Below are positions 1 to 13,024 of a DNA stretch of 64,000 nt, piece after piece. A program made the translations under genes and the position numbers. The notes beneath the pieces are model-generated. The model did no database searches, was not told the DNA's origin, and saw nothing but the letters and a program-made list of their open reading frames with translations. This stretch comes from Selaginella moellendorffii (Eukaryota > Plantae > Lycopodiophyta): contig NW_003314268.1 of the NCBI RefSeq assembly GCF_000143415.4, positions 1,003,987 to 1,067,986 of the forward strand. The letters run 5' to 3'. Every line of letters begins with the position of its first letter. Positions within the stretch are counted from its first letter, which is position 1.

Positions 1-298
1 TGTTTCTCTATAAGTTCATGCCTTTATGAATAAAAGCTAAGAGCTGTAACTCTCCCAAAAATCTTGCTCTCTTGACACCTTACCTTTCAAGTCTAGCATA
101 GCAAAATAAAACTAGACTGCCAAATGTTAATCTTAATATGTGTTATGATTCCCTTAATTAAAAAAAAGAGTCAAACTTGAGATTTTTTTAATATCATTCA
201 TAAAACATAAATCCCTAAGTCCCAAAATTGAACTAAATGTGTACCACATAATAGTGGCTAGAATGAAAGTGGAACAAATGTAACACATTTAAACCAAA

Positions 299-398
299 NN
301 NNNNNNNNNNNNNNNNNNNNNNNNNNNNNNNNNNNNNNNNNNNNNNNNNNNNNNNNNNNNNNNNNNNNNNNNNNNNNNNNNNNNNNNNNNNNNNNNNN
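299..398. other. Assembly gap (100 N)
   Basis: Run of N. Confidence 0.99.
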
Positions 399-493
399 AA
401 ACTCCTAAAAAGCTTTAAGAATGAATACAAAAGATTAACAAACGAGTTTCTAGAAAGAGATAAGTTTAAGATTAAGTTTGAGTTTGAGTTCAA

Positions 494-1175
494 GGGGTGA
501 AAGCTTAAAGCAATTGTCTCTTAGACCTTAAGGGGTTTGGTAAGTCCTTACTATAAGCCATAAATTTTCCTTTCTAATTTGTCATTTTATTTTATCTATT
601 TAACCATTTTTGCCTTGACCTTAGTTAAGTTCCTTTGCAAAGATTCCCATCATCGTACTAATTCCAGTTTAGTCTTATTTAGGTTCAGCTACTTACTATA
701 TGAACAACAGAGTGTTAGCTAACCTTTTACAAATTCTCAAATTCTTTTTTGATCCCCTTCCCCAAGTTAGATTGAGCTTAAGATTCAATTACACTCCTTA
801 TAAGTAACCAAGCAAGCAACCAAACACACCAAGTGTATAGATTCTTAACATCTTATGGTATGCAATACTTGTTTATAAGACTTTCTAAATCCCAAGCTTT
901 GGGTGCATCTCTTAGTTCAAGACACCGAGGGGAAACACTTGGCCTAATGGCCCAATATAGGTACCTCAACTCCCTACTTGGGAAGGCCAAAGTGTAGGGA
1001 AAGCCCCTACACTCCACTTGAGTCAAGAGTACTAAAGTTATTAACCTTTAGTTTCAACCTTAACTTTGTTTGAAAGCACTATTAGAGAGTTCTTTAAAGA
1101 TTAAGTTCTTAGCCTCTCTTTCCCTATTTTACTTTTGAAACCCCTTGGGGGACAATTGTTTTAAGCTTTCACCCC
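494..1175. repeat. Degenerate inverted-repeat-bounded element (foldback/TE relic)
   Basis: GGGGTGAAAGCTTAAAGCAATTGTC (494-518) matches the reverse complement of 1151-1175 at 24/25; an inner AAGGGGTTT/AAACCCCTT pair is also inverted. Confidence 0.45.
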
Positions 1176-2399
1176 ACAACTTATATTAGTACTTTGATTT
1201 GGTCTCAGACCTGATCTTAGATTTTAGACTCAATCTCAGTCTTAGACTCAATTTTAAATTTGATCTCAAATTCTTTATTGTTTTGATCATGATTTTGGGG
1301 GATCCTCTAGCCTATGACACTTTAGTAAATTAGTTCTTTACACTTTTGGGATAGTAAAGAGAGGATTTCAAAGGAACTAGTGTGGCCAAAAAAGGCTTGT
1401 GTGACTAAAGAAAGCTATGCTTACGTGGTGGGTGATGATATAAACATTAGGGAATCCAAAGTTAAAGTGAACATGGATGAATAAGTGGGGTGACTTGGTA
1501 AAGTATTCAAGAGCTAGCTATAACTTCCAAAAGATCAAATAATTTAATCCAAGTGTAAATAACATTACTTACTTAGATACCTTGTATGGCTTCATTTTAA
1601 CCACATATCTAAGGCACCCTAGTGGCAAAAAGTGGGGAAAGTATCCACAAAGCTCACAATAAACTGTGGTGTTTCAAAACATCACCCCAAAGTTTTTAAT
1701 GATGAAAAAAAAGAGGGGCCCTCTTACTTACTAACTAAAGGTATAATTATGTGATAAAGAAATTTTAGAGGCTAGTGGGATGGGCTTTTAGGCCTTAACC
1801 TAGTGGTAATATTGCCAAGCACTACTATGGATGGAGAGGGATTTGGTGGAGATTAAAAAAAGGATATTAAAGGATATGTGTTAATGCATTTTAAAAATGT
1901 TAAGATGTGGTAATAAAATTACCATTCATGGACAGATGGCCTAGTCTTAGAGAGATAGGACCATGGTACATATGGTCTTTGACTACTAATGAGATCATGA
2001 GAATGGATATATCTTTAATATAAAAGGTTAGTAAGTCAATGGTATCTAAAATGGGATTAAACATATAGAACACTTCAACAAAGTGTGAAGTCAATATGGC
2101 TTTGAGATCATATCTAAGGGGTTAGTAAAACGTAGGATGAGGATCTATGGAGGTTGGGAATGAGATTTCTTTAATTGGTTTAAAGTGTGGTTAAAGAACT
2201 AAAGTATATTGAAAAATTTAGTCACTTAAAATTTTTTAGGTAATTTTCCTTTAATTGTTTTGCATAGCAAATTGGAGATCAAAACAACTCAAGCCACTGA
2301 TCCATTTGTTCAAAAAGTGTAACGATTGATCTTTTTCAATATTTTCTACACTAATATCGTGATTATCAATTTCTTCAATTTTGGAATAAATTTCTTCAT

Positions 2400-3050
2400 C
2401 AACATGCTTAACTATATATACCTAATAGAAATATATGGTTGTATATTATTCAAGCATACAATGACACTTTTGCAATATATTGCTTTAGCATTCTCAAAAT
2501 ATTAGAATTAGTCTAACAATAAACCTTATATGCATAAGTATGTTGACAATTTTGGACATATCTACAATATATTAAGTGGACTAAGATGCCTTGACATCCT
2601 TTATTTAGTTATTTCTAATCAGTTCCTTTTACTTTAGAATTTTGGAAATCTATATCTATGAATTTCTTTATCAATCTTTTACCTTCTAAAGGATTTGACA
2701 ACAATTTTGTTATGCATCTTCATAAATTGCTAGATAATATTGTTAGTAATTAAGGGCTTGAGTTTATTTTCAACTTTTAGGATTTTTTAATGTAAAAATT
2801 AAAGTATCAACTTCTCAGACTAATGGGCAATCAAAGTGTATTATTTAAATTCTTTGAGCAATATCTTCAATATTTTATTTCCTAATAATAGAATGATTGA
2901 GTTTAACTCTTTTCTTATATTGAGTTTCCTTATAATAATTCTTAACACTTTTTGTCCCTTCTTTGTTAACTATAATATTTGTCATCCTTGTTGATCATTA
3001 TTCATTTCTTCCAACACATAATTTTATATATAATTTAATTGCTAATCAAT
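2400..3050 (+). mobile_element. Decayed Ty3/gypsy integrase relic
   Basis: Broken frames read WKSISMNFFINLLPSKGFD (cf. WxxISMDFIxxLPxSxGFD) and QTNGQSK..ILEQYL (cf. QTDGQSERxNxxLEQYL); many stops; boundaries approximate. Confidence 0.6.
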
Positions 3051-4913
3051 ATTTATTTTTGGATTAAATAATTAAATTTTACCCCCAACTTTGGCTAGTT
3101 CCTAATGTGATTAGCATAAATTTAGTGAATAAAAGAAATCCTCAAACCTTAGAAATGAAGTATAAGATGATGTGCTTAAAATTAACCAAGAAGAAATATA
3201 TAGTGTAATAAGACATTCATAATTTAAAATTTCTCTTACAACTATATCTTTTTATCTTAAATTTTTGTAGGGTGCAATTCAAGCTCTTGTATGTCCCAGA
3301 AATAAAGATCCGTTGAAAAAATTGGAGGCCATAGGAAAAATCTATTGAAGAAAAGTTTATAAATTATAAAAATATTTATAATTTATTTACAGAAGATTAA
3401 TTTTGATAAATATCAACCATAAATAATATAATATGCTAAAATACCTAAGAAAGTTATAGATATATTCATTCTAAAATAAACAATTTAGTGATAGTCCACC
3501 GTTAGCTAGGCTATATTTCTTTGAATCTAAAATTTAACATTTGGATCCATCTTAAGAAGCATACAATATATAAAATATATACGCCTATAAGGGATGAAAA
3601 ATTTACCAAAAGTTTGATGTTGAAAAATATATGTACAATTGAAATTTGGAATTTGGTTGATTGTGATATTGTAAACCTTCTTATTTACAGTATTAATTTT
3701 ATAACTAAGAATTGTATACTTATAATGACAATATTGCTACTTAATGTTGACACTCTTAACTTTTGTCTTCAATTGTAATGCTTTTGAGTATGTTGCTTTT
3801 GATTCTTTTGACCAAATATTTGCAATCTTCACACTTTTGTTATTTTTTATTTTTGAAATTTCTTGAGAAAAATTCTAAATTTGAGTTTGTGGTTAATGTT
3901 CTTTTCAAATTTAAAACCTACTTCAACCAAAGTTTGAAGTTCCAAATTTTTCAGGTTCACCCCTTCTTTAACTAACTAAGTAGGTGGTATATATTTTGGT
4001 TTTTGGATAATCTATTCTATAACAAATTATGTGTGTGGAAATTTTATTGGATAAAACCATATGAACTAATCATAGTGTTCTGGAGGATCATTATATTATT
4101 GTCATCCCCAAAAACAAGGGGATAAAGTGCATAAAGTTCCTATGGTAATGTACTTATTATATAATTTTTCTCTAATCCAAGCAAAACACTTGACTATAAA
4201 TCCTACTTCAAGTTGACATATAACCCACTCAATCTTATAAATTTTTTGTTCTTTGACTTTTACTCAAACATGTTAGTGCTTCAAATACATACTACTATGT
4301 AAACACTTCTTAAATCCTAAGTAGGGTGACTTTGAGCCTAGAGTGCTACAACTTCATCCATGTTTTGGCCCTTCATCCATATAATCTCTAGCATATTAAA
4401 TATTAGTAATTCTTTCATCTCGTCCACAATTTGGATATGAAGTGTAAAATCACTCACTCATCTTCAAAGGATGTTGTCACCCCTTATCACTATGTCAATT
4501 TTTTTTATTCATGTCTCTCACACAAGTGATTATCCTTGAAAGAAATAGGAGAAAATATCCTAATGAACAGCTTTCTAAAAGAAATGGAGCAACTCAAAAC
4601 TCAACTTGAAGAAATTTTTAGAGGCTTTTGAGGGCTTTTTCAAATTTTGTAAAACTAAGCTAGCTATCATCTTTCCTTGAGTTAACCACTCTACATTGTC
4701 CTAATAAGCAAGTAATGGCCTTTAAGATGAGTTCCATCCACCAACAATGGCTGGCAATTGTTTAAAAACAACTAAATGTTCCATAAGCTTTTATTTGGAA
4801 GGAAACAAATCCTCAAAAGTTTCAGATTGAATTCATTCTTACAGCCTAATCCCAATTACAATATATAATTTTGTATACGCTCACTCTATGATGCAATGGT
4901 TTTGTTCATATAA

Positions 4914-6231
4914 CTAGAGATCAATAAGCTGCTTTAGATTAAATGGAAACATAATTGTTTTGTTCCCACTTAATATAGAAGAGGCTATGAGACGGTTTGC
5001 AGACTCTGTTGGATGATAAGCATCCCAATAGAAGTATTGGTTTCTCGTAGAACAAACTGATCCTAATGGTAAACAAGCAAATAATCTCAAGGGTGATACT
5101 CCACAACAAGCATCACGGCCATTCACAAATCCTGTCATACAAATTACAATGAGCAAATGATGAATTTGTGTTAAGCTTACCATATTTTGAAGGTTGTTTG
5201 TTGCATCGTAAAATAGATCATATGTAGTTCCAAACACCATCTTCGCTCCATTCATGTCTCGATTCATCCCTGAAACCATATCCTTGAGTGCTCTGTCAAA
5301 ATTCACGGCCAAAGTGTTGGCTTCTTCATGGCAAGCCTTGCCATTTGCTCCCAAAATATTGCAATGGAATGCAACCAAGTGGTCCAAGAGCAAAAACCAC
5401 TATTTTGCGAGCTCCTAGTTGATAGGCTCTCTGTTGAGAATCAAAATTACACCGTGTAAATCACCGTGTTGAATCAAAATCAAATCAAATGAAATGAGTT
5501 ATTGAGCAAGAAAAGCAATCACTTACATTCAAGTAGCCTTTGTATGCAGAGATTACTTCATCTTGAAATTCTTGCGGAGATTTGCTCCTGGTGCTGTTCA
5601 TGTAATTCAAGTAATTGTTGGATCCAAGAGCAAACAAAAATATTGACCGTGACAAAAGATCAAATGCGGGGTCCTCGCCTCCCACAAGCAAAACGATCTC
5701 AGACCTAGTGTTGACGAAATTCTGGATCTGCTGGATCTGGTCAAAGGTCCAAGGATGGATGGTCAACACGCTTCAAAAGCCCAAACTAAACACTTTACAT
5801 TCTGGAGGAAGTTCACGGAGGAATCATTGAGGATTCGAGCGCCGCCTGATGCGTAGCTTACTCCTTTGAGGATCACACTGCCTTTTGTGTTGGGATCGTG
5901 ATAAGCAGGGACTAGAGGAAGCCCAAGTTCTTGAGCTGGTGGAAACAAAACAAACTCAGAAAATGTGTAGATCAATTTGCCTTGCTTACCAATGAGATCC
6001 ACGACTGTGAATCCATTGCAAAACCTTCCTGTCGCCTTCCCTCCTGGGAAATCGATTCCATTTGGCCGAAATGCTGGTGACGAGGAACTTGTTGTTTCCG
6101 GGATCTGTCAAAGAGTCACCAAAGACGAAGAATGCAGGAACTTGGGCACGCCCAGATCTAAGAACCAAAAAAAAACTCAAAATCGAAGCTGCTAGAGGAA
6201 GAAGACGCATCATCACTCTTCTCTTAGTCAA
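4914..6231 (-). pseudogene. GDSL esterase/lipase, frameshifted
   Basis: Signal peptide, FVFGDSLTDPGNN, GIDFPGGKATGRFCNG, GVSYASGGA, GSNNY and YWDAYHPTE motifs; frameshifts near 6075 and near 5365. Confidence 0.85.
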
Positions 6232-7071
6232 GGTAAAGTGGCGATCTATTCGTTTCTTATTCTCACACGCAGTCAGTCAAAGTCCATTTTATGGTCAATT
6301 TGGTAGAGCTCGGCAATCCCCCTCATAGTAACACAAGGGAAGAAAATAAAAGCAAGGATGGACCAAGAGCTGCCAATCTTGGCTCCTTCCAACACTTCAT
6401 GGAGGACACCATCAACTGCTTTACCAGATGACAAAGTACGTTGAGCGTAGTCTGTCTTATAGTCTCCGCAGCCTCTCTGTGAATCCGAAACCCCCAGCTT
6501 CAGCTAGATCACCTTCTCGCCATCTTGCTGCCATCTGACACTGGTTTACTTTGCTCCTCGCTGAAGCTGTACATTATACCGCAACAGTGCTAATCCCCTG
6601 GAGCAAACAAAAGAATTAAAAATGGCTGGGAATAGAAACATGTCTGATTTTTTTATTTGCTTCAATCGCTTTTTGTGTTTGCTCAATCACTAATCTACAA
6701 GAGCCCTACCACGTCATCAATTGAGCGTTCGGATTAGATCAGACAAGTCCAACTTATAGTCTTTGGACACCAGCCTCCTTCCAGTTTCTGTGGAGAGCTT
6801 TGATCCGAGTTCGCAAGCTGCATCCTGGCCAGTCATCTTCGAGTTTCCTTGCTGCAATCTCGTCTTGATCCCTTCCTAAGCTGCATCCTGGCTGTGATGG
6901 TCGCTAGGCTCATCATCTCTTCTTGAGTTTCACTCAGAGCTGCTCAACTGGCCAGGGATGTTGCTTGCAGTGGCATACATCACAACTTGCGTACTCTGAT
7001 TGAAGACAAAGCTCTCCAGCAAAGAGCAGTGATTCTTGAGCAGTTCCTTATTTAAGTTTGGCATAATAAAC

Positions 7072-7468
7072 TAGATATATCTAGAATATTCTTGAATATT
7101 TTAAAATATTCTACCATTTAACAGTTGTTATTCATTTAGGTTAATCCAGTATTTATAATTTACAAACATATTTATAGTTTATAAACTTTCTAAAACACTT
7201 TCTAGTATATTCTTTTTTATTCTACCATCTATTTCTTTGCAATGTCTGAACCTATTTAATAATAAATTGCTACGCATTGAATATAGCAACACTTGGTTTG
7301 CTTATTAGTAGTTTTATTATTACTTATTAATCTAATTGATCAAATAAAGTATATAATTATAAGTTTAAGAAAGTTTATAAATTATAAATACAAGATTAAT
7401 CTAAATAAATAATAACTGTTAGATGGTAGAATATCCTAGAATACCCAAGCATATTCTAAGTATATTTA
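7072..7468. mobile_element. MITE/foldback element with ~110-130 bp terminal inverted repeats
   Basis: ~7072-7200 (ATATTCTACCATTTAACAGTTGTTATT...) is the reverse complement of ~7360-7468 (AATAATAACTGTTAGATGGTAGAATAT...); AT-rich, non-coding. Confidence 0.75.
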
Positions 7469-8623
7469 CTACCAACAACCAAAAATATTGCCAACAGTTT
7501 TCTTTGTTTTGTCTTTAAGATGCTTGATCTTCCTGCTCAAACTTCGCTACTTTGATCTGGATCCACCAATACAGGGAGCCAAGGGAGCCATTACCGTTGA
7601 CAAGAATATTTTAAGAATATTCTAGCACACTAAGAATGTTTAAGTTTTAGATCAAGAACAGAAGAACTTGAATAGTGATCTTTGATTTTTTAGTTTCATT
7701 CATTTCATTTTATTTGCAAGATACAGAAAAGCGACAGCCTTTGAAGACTTGCATGTTAATATGCCTTAAATTTCTGGTCTTCTGCTGCCTCTCCCGGTGC
7801 TTCCATGGCTGGGCCGTACTCAATGGATTTGGTGATGGCGGTGGTGCAGTCAGGCACTCGGCAGGCATCGCACTGCAAAGAGAGATCACGTTAGAGCAAG
7901 AATTCAGGAGCTAATATATGCACCTCCAGTTGTTCCATATGTTATAGAGCCATTTGACTGCAGAAAGAAAGAAGACTCACTCACTTTTGAGACAAATATT
8001 AAGCACTGAGTTAACGCCTACTGAAGACTGTCAAGCCAAAGTTATGGTTCATAAGCGGATCAAAAGGCCTTAGTGCTCCCATTGTATGGAAACAGACTTG
8101 ACACGAACGAAAGCTTCAAATCGTGAACGCGTTTTTAATGAAAAAAAAAAAAAAAAAAACGAAGAGAGAACTTTGTTTGATCAGCATGGCAACTTCCATC
8201 GCAAAGTCAAACTTGCAAACCTATCTTTCACGCAAGCCTCGGATGCTTGCAGAGATTTTATAGGATCCAAGAACAGCCGAGGATCTAATAGTAACAAAAC
8301 CGCTGTGAAACAAATTCCGGGATTTGTCTAGCTCTCCATTAGCAATGGCAAGCTCCGCCTGCCAAAACCAAAGAAAGATACAAGAATAACTGCATTGGAA
8401 CCTTTGGTATGGTCCCATCACGCTTTTCCAAATCCAAACTACATGAGAAAGTAACATAATGTTTTGATATGAGTATGGTAGTCGTCGCGTGATCACTTAT
8501 CGCGGCCACTGCCGATCCATATATCCAGAGCTTCCTTCACATTTGCAAGTTTCTATAATAAGGGTAGAAAGAAATTGGATGGTCATCGTAGTCTCTTTCC
8601 TGTTCGAAGAACGGTTTAAATTA

Positions 8624-8695
8624 AGGTCCCACCGAGATTCGAACTCGGGCTCTTGGATTCAAAGTCCAATGTCGTAACCACTAGACTATGGGACC
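8624..8695 (-). tRNA. tRNA-Gln (UUG)
   Basis: GGTCCCATAGTCTAGTGGTTACGACATTGGAC-TTTGAA-TCCAAGAGCCCGAGTTCGAATCTCGGTGGGACCT; 72-nt cloverleaf with TTG anticodon. Confidence 0.95.
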
Positions 8696-9001
8696 ATTTC
8701 TGTTGAGTTAATCGATCGTTACTATGGCTTTAAAAAATATTTACAAACCAAAACCATCGACAAAGTTGAAGGGAAAATTAAAAAAATTCCGCGACCGTGG
8801 TCTGGTCAACGGCACCCACGCGCGATCAGCCCCATGGATGAACATCCGTTTCCGCTAATTACGTTTGAAAAGATGGCGTAGGACAAAAGAGAGGAATATT
8901 CATTAAATTGGACTTCTCATACTTGGCATATAGCATTGAGCATCTTGACGGTGTTTACAAAACCAGCGATCTCCTGCTAATGCATAAGTGATTTTATAGC
9001 T

Positions 9002-10077
9002 ATGGCAGAAGATTTTAGCATTCCTCTCATTGATCTCGCTCCTTTGCACCAGGCGGGAAACGCTCCCAGAGTCGAAGTTCTAGAGAAAATCTCCAAGGCC
9101 TGCGAGGAATGGGGATTCTTCCAGGTGATCAACCATGGCCTGGATTTGAAGCTCTTGAGCAAGGTGCTGCACAATTGCAAGGAGTTCTTCTCTCTTCCAG
9201 AAGAAGAGAAAACCAAGATGGAAACCAGCCATCCACCCGTGGGATATGTAAACAAGAGCGGTGTTGGTGGAATGGTTGATAGAAAAGAGCATTTCTTTGC
9301 GCACGTAAGTGACAATCCAGCGTCCAATAACGTTTGGCCTGAGAATCCATCGACTTTCAGGTATGAGAACGTTTTAGGAAGTTGATCTATTGATTTGCAT
9401 GTTTTCGGTTTCTCTCCTTGAAGGCCAACAGCCGAGAACTTGATTCTGGAAGCACGGAAAACTGCAAGTTTTCTCGTGCAGATCATGAGCGAGAGCCTTG
9501 GCCTTCCCAACGAGCAACGTCTGGAGATGTACAAAGCCGGCGATGCTCTGATCATGCTGAAGTACCCAGCATGTCCAGAGGGATACGAAGGCCCGGTTCT
9601 TGCCAAGCACCGAGATGGAGATATTCTCACCATCGTCGCCCAGCTCAACAATGCCCAAGGCCTCGAAGTTTTACACGAGAAAGACCAGCAAGAGATCTGG
9701 GTTCCTGTAAAACCAGTGGAAAATGCCCTGGTTATCAACGTTGGTGATGTTCTCCAGGTAAAATCTTTGATTATTTCTATCGTTTGATCTAAGCTAATGT
9801 TTTTCTTTTCTATGGTGTTTGTAAGGTGTGGAGCAATGGGCGATACAAGAGTGTTTTGCATAGAGTGTCCGGCTCACAAATGGATCGCTACTCCTTTGCT
9901 TACTTCCATATGCCAGTGCCAACCACGCAAATCTCCCCTCTAGACGCTTTCACCGCGCACGAAATACCAAAGTACAGACCTTTCATGCATGGTGAATACC
10001 TCCAATTACGCTACGAAAACAAAAAGCTCGACTCCAAGAATGCCAAGGAAATCACAATAGATTACTATGCAATGTAA
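9002..10077 (+). CDS. 2-oxoglutarate/Fe(II)-dependent dioxygenase (DOXC type), 3 exons
   Basis: IPLIDL, ACEEWGFFQVINHG, HxD (HRD), NVGDVLQ/WSNGRYKSVLHRV, RYS motifs; GT-AG introns near 9361-9422 and 9758-9826. Confidence 0.93.
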
Positions 10078-10206
10078 ATCAAACAAAAAAAAAAAAAAAC
10101 CATCTTTTCCTACAAAGATGTCAAGGCGAAAAAAAGCTCTTTTTTTTCCTTTTTAACATTTTTACAGCAGCTCCACCCTCGTTATTACAAGCCTTCGTCC
10201 TGGGAA

Positions 10207-12429
10207 TCAAATCTTTCGCTGGACCATTCGCCGGCTTCGCGTCGATCGTATCACTGGGAGCTTCAAAGTTTGGCCCGGCTGTGCCGCCAATTCTCGCACC
10301 CGAGCTAAAATGTGAGCGGGAATCGACACCGAGAAATGTTTTCTCCGCTTCTCACCTTGCTCGGACACCTGTGAGAAGAAAAAAAAGAGAGAAGACATTT
10401 ATGTACCACTATAGCTTGTGAAAGATATCACATACCTGACGCGAAGAATGTGAATGTACTCGACTGGCTCGTAATAAGTTTCGCCACTTGTCCTGCATTA
10501 GTTCGATCAGGAAACTCTCAACCATCTAAACTAGAGAATTTGGGATGGTTTTCTACCTTCAAGTCAACTGGAGTTCGATAAGCGATGGCAGAGAACGCAA
10601 GTCTCTTGATGTCGGCCCACTTTCCAGTGCCACAGCGAGAAACTCCGTCCACCAAAGCCATTACTTCCCGCAGCGTCCAGGGTCTATGGTGCTTCCTACG
10701 CGATCCCGACTTTCGATCTGTATCCTGGTCCTCAGTGTCAGATGGCTGCAATTCGTCTGACACAGAAGGAAGCATGCACGAGACTTGATCCGCGGACTCG
10801 TCATTAGGCTCGTAGTTTTCGTCCTGCGAGACAGTGTTGAGTTGAAACAGAACTAATGAGAAAAACTTACATTGTCCTGGCCGGGAGCAGATGGAAGCTT
10901 GAACTTGATTTTCCTGATGCTAGTGTTCGCGTCGCGTTTAGCCGCCCTTGCATTTCGAGCCATTTTTACAAGCTGCGCTGCTCGTCGCTCGGCCTTCAGC
11001 TCCTACAACAACAAAACGTGAGCCGGAGAAGCACGCAAAAGTTACCAGAACACTTACACCCATGCGATTGCGACTCCGGGCACCAAAGGAACCGTCCGGT
11101 GACATCGAGTCGAGCTCTCTGCCATTCAGATCAAAGCACTCGTCCAGGTCGTCGCCATCAACATCTGGATCATCGGGATCACCATCTTCACCGTCTGACT
11201 TCCAAAAGTCCACTTGCAGCTGCTGTTGTTGATCCTCGGGACTGCTCATCGATGGAACAAATGACGCAACATCATCAGCTTCTTCTTCCACATATCTCCT
11301 GTTTGGCTTCCGGTGCCTCTTTCCTTCCAAACTCTGGACTTCGTTGAGATGGGACTGCCCGTCGCTAGGCCTGCTCACCACTGTGGTTGTCGAGGCGTCT
11401 AAGGAAATGGTTGGCGAGGTACCTAATACCACCGGCTTGACGTCCTCCTCCTGCTTTTCCATGCCAAAAGGCTGCTCCGCGGAAGTCTCGCCTTCAAGGC
11501 GTTCTTTCAACAAATTTTCCTGTGCCTGTGCAGCCACCACCACTGCCTGTGCCGAGCTCTCGTTCATAGAATTCAGGCCTTTGGTGATTTTCTGCTTCAG
11601 CCAGTGCTTGTCTTTAGCCGAAGTCACCCGACCAAACGTGTTCCTGTAAGTGTCTTGCAGTGCCCTGATAGAAAGGTTGTCTAGAAAAAGCTTGGGTGGA
11701 GTATAAGAAGCATCGAATTGAGGAGTAATAGTACCGGGTGTAGAGCTGCTGCAGATAGGCTCTTCTTCCATCAGTTTCAATGGCTCAACCTTGACTTGGG
11801 CCACCATTTGCTCAGAAGGAGGAAGCTCGCCGGTGCAGTCGAAGGCGTTTATGTTGAAGTATTTTGGATTAGGCCGACGCCGTCTCTTGTACGTGAACTT
11901 CGCACCATTATAGCCGGAACTCTCTAAAGCTCTTTGATCTTCCTCCGTCTTGACTTTCAAGAGCATAGTATCTACAACCTACAGTCAACCATCAGGTGGT
12001 GAAACGCGTGGTAAAGATAACGAGAGGCATACCTCTAGCTGCTTGAGCAATCTCAACTTCACGTCTTCCAAGTCTTCCTCCATGGGTCCTGGACGAAGCA
12101 ATTCTTGAATAGGAAGACAAAGAAACAAAGACAAAGGTGAAAGGAACTTACGTGCATCGTCTTTCTCATCGTCTTGATCGGTATGATCGTCCTCAGAACT
12201 CTCGCCTTGAATCAGTGATTCAACTTCCATGAGATCCTCATCGGTAGTAGGAAACATCATCCCATTCTCGTCAATCTGTTTGAAAAAAAAAACAAGAAAA
12301 CGAAGACTTATAACAAAAAAAAAAACAGAAGAAAAAACAAAGAAGAACTCTTACCCGGACAAGAGTGTACATGATGCGCTCGTCTTTCTCAAGAGGGATT
12401 TCCACCTCCTCATTCTTCACAGCCAGCAT
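10207..12429 (-). CDS. TRF-like (TRFL3/6-type) telobox Myb-domain protein, multi-exon
   Basis: N-terminal YTLVRIDENG..PTTDEDLMEVE; LDNLSIRALQDTYRNTFGRVTSAKDKHWLK; KRHRKPNRRYVEE; C-terminal Myb RRKHHRPWTLREVMALVDGVSRCGTGKWADIK..RTPVDLKDKWRNL. Confidence 0.85.
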
Positions 12430-12963
12430 TTTTTTCCCGGCAGGAACAAAAAAGAAAGAAATAAATCCGCGCAGCGCTCTGCCAGCAAAAAGAATAGCCT
12501 AAGATCGATCCGGAGCTGCGAAGAATGCAGATCGGCACACCTAGAGCCCAGAAACCGAGCGATTCCTAAAGAAACCTATCCTGACCTGATCAAGCGCCGT
12601 CAAGATGCCGCGGGACGCCGCTCGAATCGCCCCTCCCCAGCTCGAAAATCACGCCTCGACCGCCATAGCCAGCGCCATCGCCATCGCCCCCACTTTTGTC
12701 CTCCTTCCTAATAAAGCCCCGCCTTTCGAAAGCTCAAAGATCGCCCTCCTCCGCCATAGCCAAAAGCTTTCAATGTGGAGGTGAGAAGGAAAAAAAAGAG
12801 AGAACGCCTCCACTACTGTAGCAACAAATGAGGTAAAAAAAAATCCCAATTACTCGATTCCTGAGGTAAATAGCGATTCGCGTGACGCGTCCGTACGGCC
12901 CACCAGGTGTACGGGCGGCGATTAAAAATAAACGGCCGCAAATACGACACGTGGGCTCATTTG

Positions 12964-12965
<2 letters not shown>

Positions 12966-12998
<33 letters not shown>

Positions 12999-13020
12999 CT
13001 CGCTCGCTCGCTCGCTCGCT
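12966..13020. repeat. (CT)n/(CGCT)n microsatellite
   Basis: Direct read. Confidence 0.9.
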
Positions 13021-13024
13021 CCTT

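Noticed and set aside
7565-7585. 13-nt match (ATACAGGGAGCCA) to the miR160 target site
   Set aside because: Flanks mismatch at about 7 of 21 positions, including the seed end; no ARF context or hairpin; plausible by chance
7750-8500. Exon-like minus-strand segments with AG/GT boundaries
   Set aside because: No consistent frame or recognisable homology
8977-9861. 294-aa minus-strand ORF and many similar antisense ORFs over GC-rich exons
   Set aside because: Shadow frames of real genes on the opposite strand
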